DNA of 37,769 nucleotides from a virus: IMG/VR virus record IMGVR_UViG_3300045988_104068; one strand, 5' to 3'. Shown piece by piece: positions 31,430 to 37,769 of this stretch (position 1 is its first letter; each line of letters starts with the position of its first letter). The notes under the pieces were generated by a model. It saw only the letters and a program-made list of their open reading frames with translations, ran no database searches and was not told where the DNA came from. The position numbers and the translations under genes were made by a program.

Positions 31430-32248
31430 TTAGGCATGGCTCTTAACGAGGACGGTCTGGGCCTTGGTGACCTTGTGGGCATAGATCTTGCGGCCCTGCA
31501 CAGCACAAGCACCGATGAAGGTGCCGCTGCCCTTCAGGTCATTGACGGCAACCGGCTCGCTCCACTCCTCGATGCGGGTGAACCAGTTGGGGTGGCCCGC
31601 GATAAAGTCCACCTTCTCGCCGAGGGTGGTATCCTCAAAGACGGTAAAGCCTGCCACACGGCCCACCGCGCCGGTCTGCACCACGGCGTCGCCCAGAGCA
31701 GACGCCTTGATGAACTCCGGGCTCTTCAGCAGCAGGGCATAGGTCTCAGGGGAGACCAGCAGCCAACGGCCATCCGTGGGAACATGGGTCTCGGACAGCT
31801 TGGTGCGGGCGTCCACGATGGTGTCATAGATGTTGGCCTTGGTCAGGGCAGCAGTGCTGTCCATGGCGGTGCCGCCGGTTACCAGCTCGGCAGAAGCGTC
31901 GGTCTCCATCTGCAGGGCCAGCGAGTAACCGGCGCTGTCCAGACGGTCGGCCACCAGATGGCCGGGCACGCTCTCGGCGTCAAAGCCGTCGATCAGCTCG
32001 TTCACAGCCTTGTCCTTGTCGATGTTCACGGTCAGGAAACTGGTGTCGCCGTGGGTCATGGCGGTGCCGGTCTTCTTGTTGTAGTCGGCCACCGTCACTT
32101 CGGTGTCGCGGACAGGCACCTTGACGGCACCGGCCTTGGGGCTGCCTTCGTAACGGTTGTTGCAGATGACGCCGACGCGCTTCACGATGGTGGCGCGCAA
32201 CTTTGCATCTACCAGCTCAGAATAACGCTCTCTTGCAATATGGGGCAT
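31430..32248 (-). CDS. Major capsid protein
   Basis: 272 aa, follows the scaffold gene. Confidence 0.75.
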   Translation of the reverse strand: MPHIARERYSELVDAKLRATIVKRVGVICNNRYEGSPKAGAVKVPVRDTEVTVADYNKKTGTAMTHGDTSFLTVNIDKDKAVNELIDGFDAESVPGHLVADRLDSAGYSLALQMETDASAELVTGGTAMDSTAALTKANIYDTIVDARTKLSETHVPTDGRWLLVSPETYALLLKSPEFIKASALGDAVVQTGAVGRVAGFTVFEDTTLGEKVDFIAGHPNWFTRIEEWSEPVAVNDLKGSGTFIGACAVQGRKIYAHKVTKAQTVLVKSHA

Positions 32249-32265
32249 GAAAAATCATCCTTTCC

Positions 32266-32829
32266 TTAAATTTTGATGTTGGGGTTCATGGCTTTGAAGG
32301 ACGCTTCCACCGGGTCCACATCGTCCTCGCCGTGCATCGGGTCGCCGTGTTCGGCACCGGTGGAGTAGGTGCCCGCGTTCTTCTTTTCTCCGTCCTGCAC
32401 ATCGCCAAAGGCCCACGGGTTCGCTTTGGCGGCTTCGTCCAGCGCCTTGCCAATGTCGCTGCTGCGGTCGGCAGAGCCCTTCAGGGCGTCCAGATCCAGC
32501 AAAGCCCGCACTGCCTTAACGCTGCGGCCCTTCTTGCCCAGGATGGCAGCGTCCAGCGCGTTATCAAAGGCAAAGCCCTCGGCCTGCGCCTTCATGTCGG
32601 CCTTCAGCTTGGTGACCTGCTCCTGCAGGCCTGCCACGTCCACGCCGTCAAAGGCTTTCAGGCCGTCCTGTGCGGTCTTGAGCTGGGCGTTTGCGTTGTC
32701 CAGCTGGGTCTGCAGGGCGGTGGCTGCAGACTTTTCCCGGTTGATGTCTGCGCCGTTCTCCTGCATGATCCAGTTCAGCTGTTCATCGGTGATGCCGGGG
32801 ATCTTGTTCTTCACGTCTTCACGCTTCAT
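32266..32829 (-). CDS. Scaffolding protein
   Basis: 187 aa, coiled-coil and Ala/Lys/Asp-rich (LQTQLDNANAQLKTAQDGLKAF...), immediately upstream of the capsid gene. Confidence 0.75.
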   Translation of the reverse strand: MKREDVKNKIPGITDEQLNWIMQENGADINREKSAATALQTQLDNANAQLKTAQDGLKAFDGVDVAGLQEQVTKLKADMKAQAEGFAFDNALDAAILGKKGRSVKAVRALLDLDALKGSADRSSDIGKALDEAAKANPWAFGDVQDGEKKNAGTYSTGAEHGDPMHGEDDVDPVEASFKAMNPNIKI

Positions 32830-32922
32830 GGCGGAAACTCCTTTCGTGTGTGAGACCTCAGTTTTTTACACTGTTCTCTGTCAGTTATCCGGTCTTGGGC
32901 GGGGTACGCGCCGCCCGCCGCA

Positions 32923-32999
32923 TGGTGCCGCTTGCGGGAGTTGAACCCGCCACCCCCGGATTAAAAGTCCGGTGCTCTGCCAATATGAGCTAAAACGGC
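32923..32999 (-). tRNA. tRNA-Lys(UUU): tRNA-Lys (anticodon UUU)
   Basis: 77-nt cloverleaf: acceptor GCCGTTT/AAGCGGC, D arm GCTC/GAGC, anticodon arm CCGGA-CTTTTAA-TCCGG, T arm GCGGG-TTCAACT-CCCGC, discriminator A, CCA encoded. Confidence 0.9.
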
Positions 33000-33001
33000 A
33001 T

Positions 33002-33043
33002 GAAAAAACCACTGTTGTGCCTTTTTGATAGCATACAGTGGTT
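33002..33043 (-). terminator. Terminator-like hairpin abutting the tRNA-Lys 5' end
   Basis: AACCACTG-N21-CAGTGGTT followed by TTTTTCA. The U-tract ends 3 nt before tRNA position 1. Confidence 0.5.
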
Positions 33044-33071
33044 AAAATAGGGCATTTCCATGAATGAAAGC

Positions 33072-33221
33072 TTACTTTTTGGGGTGCGGGTGCGGCGTGT
33101 ATTTGTCGTCCTGCGCCTGCTGCACGGCGGATGCAATCATGAAGAACAGCCGGGCACCGTTCAGCAGAACGATCTCCAGCAGCGCAAGGATCATCAGAGT
33201 GATAAGAACTGTAGTAATCAT
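33072..33221 (-). CDS. Small hydrophobic peptide (49 aa)
   Basis: MITTVLITLMILALLEIVLLNGARLFFMIASAV...; ATG 6 nt after AGGAGGT. Confidence 0.55.
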   Translation of the reverse strand: MITTVLITLMILALLEIVLLNGARLFFMIASAVQQAQDDKYTPHPHPKK

Positions 33222-33241
33222 AGTGTACCTCCTGAAAAATG

Positions 33242-33277
33242 GGCAAAAGAAAACCACCGTCCGGGTGGATGGTGGTT
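33242..33277 (-). terminator. Intrinsic terminator inside the head module
   Basis: CCACC-cggac-GGTGG (or AACCACC/GGTGGTT) followed by TTTTCTTTTG. Confidence 0.6.
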
Positions 33278-33281
33278 AAGG

Positions 33282-33470
33282 TTATTCGATGCCGGGCGGG
33301 AGCTTGCCAATCCCTTTCAAAGCTTCATATGCAGCACGGGAAGCAAGCTGTTCTGGCGGGGCAGGGCTGTCCAGCATGTCGCACATTTCATCATACTTGT
33401 GGTCGATCGGATGTTCAAGAAGCCACCTCTGCATTTTTGCAATGCGTTCCGGTGTAAGCCAGTTACTCAT
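33282..33470 (-). CDS. Small protein (62 aa) coupled to the MuF-like gene
   Basis: MSNWLTPERIAKMQRWLLEHP... Overlaps the MuF stop by 8 nt. RBS GGAGTGA. Confidence 0.6.
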   Translation of the reverse strand: MSNWLTPERIAKMQRWLLEHPIDHKYDEMCDMLDSPAPPEQLASRAAYEALKGIGKLPPGIE

Positions 33471-35220
33471 AGTATTTCACTCCATTTTCCTGAAGGTCTC
33501 CGATAGCCTGTCGGATCAGCTTCTCTGCCTGTTCAAGAAGCTTTTCGTCTGACAGTTCCGCGCGAGGGATATTTTTCAGCCGGTTTATTTCGGCATTCAG
33601 GCCCCAAACAATGCCGTTTGCAGCGGCAGCATCATAATTGATACTTTTCTCAACAGCATAGATATGACCATTGTGACCGATGGCCGTCATGAGCTTCAAA
33701 TTTTTGTTTCTTGTGAAACTCGACAAATCACCGTGCGAGAAAATACCGCAGGCAGGGTGTGTGTGGATAACAACATACGGGGTATCAAAGTTGGGCAGCT
33801 GAACAGAACTTCCCTCGGCGCTTCCCGTGATGTCCTTCGTCAGCGGCTTCATCTTGATATCGAACACCCTGCCCACTTCAACATTTTCCGGCTGCTTTGA
33901 AGCGACCATGAGAAGTCGCTTGTGGGCGTTTTTCAGCTGCTGCTGCCCGGCGGCATCCAGTGTGTCACAGCTGAACGCCTTAACATTTGCAATTGACTGC
34001 ATTGTAACAGGTTTCGCCTTTGTGTTCAAGCTGCTGTATGTAGAGGATGCCTTCCGCACCTGTGCGCTTGCTCTGCTGGCTTCGCTCCTGCCGAACTTCG
34101 GCACGCTGGTGCGGGCGCTGTCTACTCTGCCACCGGTGGCCTGCGTAAAGTCTTTCAGGCTCTGGCGGGCGGCTCTCAGGCGCACAGCGCTGTCGGTGGG
34201 GTCTAGCCCGGCAGCATCCTCGGCCAGATACCGCTTTTTCCAGCGGCGGACGTTCCGCTCCCGGGCGTGCTGCATCTGGGATATCTCGTAGGCGGTGTAC
34301 TTTTTGCCGTTCCACTCGATGTTCCGGGCGTTCAGCTCCCGCAGCTGTTCCTGTGTCCATTGGGGCGGGTCGCCCAGCTCCGGGAACACCGCGAAAAAGG
34401 TGTGGCGGCAGTTCCAGCCGCAAAGGCCTGCGCCGGTGCCGTAGCCGGTGGCGGCTTCAAAATCCGGGTAGTGCCTGCCCTTGTAGTCCACCGCACCACC
34501 GCGGTGAAAGCGCCGTCCCTGCCACTCTGCATGAGAAGGACGGGCACCGCCGTGGGCGGTCGTCTCCACAAATTCGCAGCCCATTTCGTCCATGCGGGCC
34601 ACCTGCAGCTTGCCAGTCGTCTGGTTTACACCGGTGAGCACGGCACGGCGGGCGGCCACCTCGATGCTGTCCTTGTGGCCGCTGGGATATGTGACCATGG
34701 GCATGTCGTCTGCAAGGCTGTCCACAGCCTGTTTGACGGCGGTTTTGTAGTCGAAGGCACCGGTGCTCACCTTGAGCCATGCAGCGTCCAGTGTGCGTTC
34801 AAAGGCCCCTGTGACGGTGTTTGCCGTGGTGGCGGTCAGGTTCTGCCATGTGCCGCAAGTCTGCCGCGCGCCGGCATCCAGCAGGTTGTTCAGGGCGGCG
34901 TTCTCTTCAAAAGGGGGCGGCTCCATGTCGTAGTGGTAATAAATCGCATCCTCCCGCTCCATGGCTTCGGTGGCGGCCTGCAAAAGCAGCTTGCGGATGG
35001 CCGTTTCGCTCTTGCCGGTGTACTTCGCCAGCAGCTTCACCACGTCGTTGCGCAGCGCCTCGGTCTGCTGGTAGCGCCACAGCTGCCAGTTGGCGGTGGG
35101 GGTCACGGCGTTCATCTTGCCGATGCGCCGGGCAACGTCCTGCAGGATCTGCTCTTCGACCTGCTGCCAGAGCTGCACAAATGCGTCCGGCATCTGGTCG
35201 AGGTAAGACGGCGGCAGCAT
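33463..35220 (-). CDS. Head morphogenesis protein (SPP1 gp7 / MuF family) with an extra C-terminal JAB/MPN-like domain
   Basis: MuF core ...VAARRAVLTGVNQTTGKLQVARMDEMGCEFVETTAHGGARPSHAEWQGRRF... The C-terminal ~170 aa contain PYVVIHTHPACGIFSHGDLSSF. Confidence 0.8.
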   Translation of the reverse strand: MLPPSYLDQMPDAFVQLWQQVEEQILQDVARRIGKMNAVTPTANWQLWRYQQTEALRNDVVKLLAKYTGKSETAIRKLLLQAATEAMEREDAIYYHYDMEPPPFEENAALNNLLDAGARQTCGTWQNLTATTANTVTGAFERTLDAAWLKVSTGAFDYKTAVKQAVDSLADDMPMVTYPSGHKDSIEVAARRAVLTGVNQTTGKLQVARMDEMGCEFVETTAHGGARPSHAEWQGRRFHRGGAVDYKGRHYPDFEAATGYGTGAGLCGWNCRHTFFAVFPELGDPPQWTQEQLRELNARNIEWNGKKYTAYEISQMQHARERNVRRWKKRYLAEDAAGLDPTDSAVRLRAARQSLKDFTQATGGRVDSARTSVPKFGRSEASRASAQVRKASSTYSSLNTKAKPVTMQSIANVKAFSCDTLDAAGQQQLKNAHKRLLMVASKQPENVEVGRVFDIKMKPLTKDITGSAEGSSVQLPNFDTPYVVIHTHPACGIFSHGDLSSFTRNKNLKLMTAIGHNGHIYAVEKSINYDAAAANGIVWGLNAEINRLKNIPRAELSDEKLLEQAEKLIRQAIGDLQENGVKYYE

Positions 35221-36710
35221 CAGGCACCCCCGAAGGTGATGGCTTCGTCAGTGTGGCTGTCCGATTTGGCTTCCTCGGCCCATGCGTGGGCTTCCTTTTC
35301 GCTCAGGCCGTACCGGGCGGCGAGGTAGCGGCAGCGGGGCACAAGGCCAGCAATGGCGTCCTCCCGCAGCTGGTTTGTGCGTTCCTGCTCACTGACGATG
35401 TAACTGTCGTCCCAGTTGACGGAAATGCTGGTCTCCGGGTCTACCGGTGCGCCCAGCAGGTTCTTTGCCGCCCACAGGATGGCCCGCAGAATGCCGATCA
35501 GCGCCGTTTCAATGGGGATCTGGTTCTTGTTGGCGCTCTGCACAAGGTCCTGCCGGCTGCCGGTGTACTCGGTGGCAGTGGCCACCTTGCCCAGCTCAAA
35601 GCTGTACCGGTGACAGCCCAGACCGCACTTGAAGCTGAACAGATCCAGCATATCCTGCACGGCCCGGTGGTTGTCCTCGGTGCGCAGATCCGGGTTGTAC
35701 TCGTGCCACTCCGGCGCGGCATCCAGACTAGCTTCCTTGCCGGGCAGCGAGAAGAACTGCTGTGCGCTCATGTCGTCGGGCGGGATGTAATGCGGCTGGC
35801 TATCGGCACCGATCACCACCTTGCACAGGCTGCGGTCGTAGAAGATCTTCTTGCCGCCAAGGTAAAGGTCCTGCCGGTAATTGTCAAAGGCAAGGTCTAC
35901 GCCCTGCGCGGCGTCAAGAGCTTCCGCGAACACGGCCATGCCCAGACCCGTACCGCCGTCGATGTTCTTCTCGGCGGCAGGGGAAAACAGGCTGAACCAC
36001 GGCGGGGAGCCCTCCGGCTGCAATTCAGTCACCGTACCTACAGGCGCTTTGCGCGGCGTGAACACCGGTGCACCGTCCTGACCCTGACCGATCTCAAACC
36101 ATTCGTTGGTGATGATGCGGCTGCCGTCCCTGACCGTGTGGGTCTGCAGATAGGCGCAGGGCCTGCCGTCTATCAGACATTCCGATACAAATGCGGCTTC
36201 GGTCACGATGCCGCGCTCCACGCTGATGGGCAGGATGCAGGATGCAGGGTCGTAGTCCAGTACGATGCGGGCATCCGGGTCTTCTTCCAGCTGGCCGTCT
36301 GTGCCCTTGATGCCCTCCACGCTCAGCACGAAAGCGCCGGTGCCGGACCAGTAGGCTTTCTCCACCAGCTTGTTGGCGTTCTCCCAGAAATGCAGCTGCC
36401 GCAAAAGACCGCCGGTCTGCTGCTCATCGCTGCCCAGCAGGTAGGCGGCAGTGGCTGCGTCGCCGATCTGGAAGGTGGTCTTGTCGTTGAGCAGCAGATT
36501 TGCCCAGTCCTCGCACACGCGCTTGGGCATCCGCAGGGACGCCCGGCGGCGCTTGTGTTCGCCGTCCTCCCGCGTGATCTTGATGTTATGCACACTGGGC
36601 ACATAGCCCTGCCACCACTGCCGCCATTTTTCAATTTTGGCATAATAGGAGGCGTCGATCTGCAGGTCCTTGGTTTTGTTCAGGTATTCAATAAAAGCGG
36701 CAACGTTCAT
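35220..36710 (-). CDS. Portal protein
   Basis: 496 aa between terL and MuF, ATGA-coupled to terL. Confidence 0.85.
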   Translation of the reverse strand: MNVAAFIEYLNKTKDLQIDASYYAKIEKWRQWWQGYVPSVHNIKITREDGEHKRRRASLRMPKRVCEDWANLLLNDKTTFQIGDAATAAYLLGSDEQQTGGLLRQLHFWENANKLVEKAYWSGTGAFVLSVEGIKGTDGQLEEDPDARIVLDYDPASCILPISVERGIVTEAAFVSECLIDGRPCAYLQTHTVRDGSRIITNEWFEIGQGQDGAPVFTPRKAPVGTVTELQPEGSPPWFSLFSPAAEKNIDGGTGLGMAVFAEALDAAQGVDLAFDNYRQDLYLGGKKIFYDRSLCKVVIGADSQPHYIPPDDMSAQQFFSLPGKEASLDAAPEWHEYNPDLRTEDNHRAVQDMLDLFSFKCGLGCHRYSFELGKVATATEYTGSRQDLVQSANKNQIPIETALIGILRAILWAAKNLLGAPVDPETSISVNWDDSYIVSEQERTNQLREDAIAGLVPRCRYLAARYGLSEKEAHAWAEEAKSDSHTDEAITFGGA

Positions 36711-37769
36711 CTTGCAGTCAGTCTCCTGTAATCGCGCTCGATGGTATACTCGAACGCATCCAATGTATCAATGTCGGTGGTTCCATCGTCCAGACGTTCA
36801 TCCACACCGGGGTGCTTCTGGCTCCACAGGGCCGCAGCAAGCGCATCCCGCAGGGTGGTGGCCTCCGGCATATACCAAAAGCGTCCGCCACCCATGAGAA
36901 TGGATGTCAGGCGGATGCGGTCGATGATCTGGATCTTGGCGGAGTTGTTGACCCGGTCGGCCAGCCAGGAAAGCGGGCAGGCCCGCAGCCGGGTGCGGAT
37001 GTGGTTGATCAGCGTCTGTTCGGCGCTGTCGCAGAAAATATAGTGGATCTCGCCATACCGTGCGAACACGGCGGTGCAGAAATCGATGAGCTGCGCGGCG
37101 AGGTAGTCAGCGTCCTGATTCTTCGGGTCGATGCGGGCGGATGCCAGCCCCACGACCCCTGCGTAATACGGCAGGATGCCGGTGGCCACGAATGCGTGCC
37201 GGGAGCCGTTGCCGCCGAAGTCCACCCCGATGTGCACGCGCCACGGGCGGCAGGGCTTGTCCGCAGGCCAGAGGAAACGCCCATCCCCGGCGGCAATGCT
37301 GTCTGCAAAAGGGCGGTAGATGATGCCGCCCGCTGCAGCCCACTGGCCGAGGATGAAGCGGTTATAGTAGACCGTGCCCGCGTACTCCTTTTTCAGCTGA
37401 GCCACGAACTCCGGCGGCAGAGTGGGGTTGTCGTCGATGGTGTAGGCCTGACAGTAGATGTCCGCGTCGCTGTCCAGAAACTGCTTGAACCAGTGCTGGG
37501 GGTTATCCGGGTTGCAGGTGCCGTCAAAATGGCTGTGCGGACAGGACAGACGGCTTTTCAACATCTGAAATACACCTTCGTCCCATGTGGTGATCTCGTC
37601 CCCATAGGCGTACTCGAAGGCTGCACCCTGAATGCGGGCAATGTGCTTTTTGTTGTCGGCACCCAGCACGTACACCTTGCGGCCGAACAGCTGCACGATG
37701 TTGCCGGACGCCGAGGTGCGCACCACGCCCACAAGCTCCGGACCCCAGAGGGCACGCATGGGCTCCAGC
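36707..37769 (-). CDS. terL: Terminase large subunit, C-terminal part (the ORF runs off the window end and resumes at nt 252..1)
   Basis: Open to the window edge in frame. Residues MRALWGPELVGVVRTS are duplicated at nt 1-58. Nuclease-domain-length C-terminus. Confidence 0.9.
   Translation of the reverse strand, partial: LEPMRALWGPELVGVVRTSASGNIVQLFGRKVYVLGADNKKHIARIQGAAFEYAYGDEITTWDEGVFQMLKSRLSCPHSHFDGTCNPDNPQHWFKQFLDSDADIYCQAYTIDDNPTLPPEFVAQLKKEYAGTVYYNRFILGQWAAAGGIIYRPFADSIAAGDGRFLWPADKPCRPWRVHIGVDFGGNGSRHAFVATGILPYYAGVVGLASARIDPKNQDADYLAAQLIDFCTAVFARYGEIHYIFCDSAEQTLINHIRTRLRACPLSWLADRVNNSAKIQIIDRIRLTSILMGGGRFWYMPEATTLRDALAAALWSQKHPGVDERLDDGTTDIDTLDAFEYTIERDYRRLTAR
37712..37769. repeat. 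Terminal overlap, copy 2
   Basis: Identical to nt 1-58. Confidence 0.95.

Larger units (their letters stand above)
1..37769. mobile_element. Complete temperate siphovirus-like phage genome on a circularly closed contig (37,711 bp unique)
   Basis: nt 1-58 equal nt 37712-37769, and joining them restores one continuous terminase ORF. Integrase+attP, cI/cro switch, replication, packaging, head, tail and lysis modules are all present. Confidence 0.9.

Noticed and set aside
34821-36731. 636-aa plus-strand ORF, along with similar ones at 25207..26751, 26842..27840, 34267..35328, 4726..5724, 31436..32269 and 10151..10990
   Set aside because: All are mirror-strand ORFs over the portal, MuF, tape measure, helicase, capsid and Sak4 genes. 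They have Arg/Gly/Ala-rich nonsense composition, no start context and no recognisable motifs.

Overview
The window is a complete temperate siphovirus-type phage genome, assembled as a closed circle. nt 1-58 are identical to nt 37712-37769, giving 37,711 bp of unique sequence, and the junction lies inside the terminase large-subunit gene. The host is inferred to be a GC-rich Firmicutes/Clostridia-type bacterium, based on GGAGG ribosome-binding sites, RecU, a Spo0A_C-like gene, a lipobox protein and an attP core that copies a tRNA 3' end.

Almost all genes are on the minus strand. In transcription order they are:
- cro and early small genes, antirepressor and HTH proteins
- replication and recombination genes: Sak4-like ATPase, DUF669-type SSB, DnaD-like initiator with iterons, Gp157, an SNF2 helicase fused to a DNA methyltransferase, ASCH, RecU
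- a sigma-like late regulator, then a tRNA / tRNA-like cluster with stacked terminators
- terS, terL, portal, MuF-type head protein, scaffold, capsid, connectors, tail, tape measure, baseplate/RBP
- M15 endolysin and holin, then a Spo0A_C-like gene next to attP

The plus strand carries the lysogeny-oriented genes: an S24 cI repressor, a secreted protein, a small wHTH-like protein, a tyrosine integrase, and three orphan genes embedded tail-to-tail inside the early lytic operon.

The candidates I rate most worth follow-up:
1. The interleaved convergent cassette array at 13.4-15.3 kb, a possible prophage-expressed exclusion/defence module with an antisense shut-off.
2. A receiver-less Spo0A DNA-binding-domain gene preceded by three helically phased 0A-box-like repeats.
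3. A MuF head protein with a C-terminal JAB/MPN-like domain, followed by a small partner ORF.
4. Aberrant tRNA-like RNAs and intrinsic terminators placed directly in front of terS and inside the late operon, which implies antitermination.

All family names come from motif recognition by eye. No database search was run.
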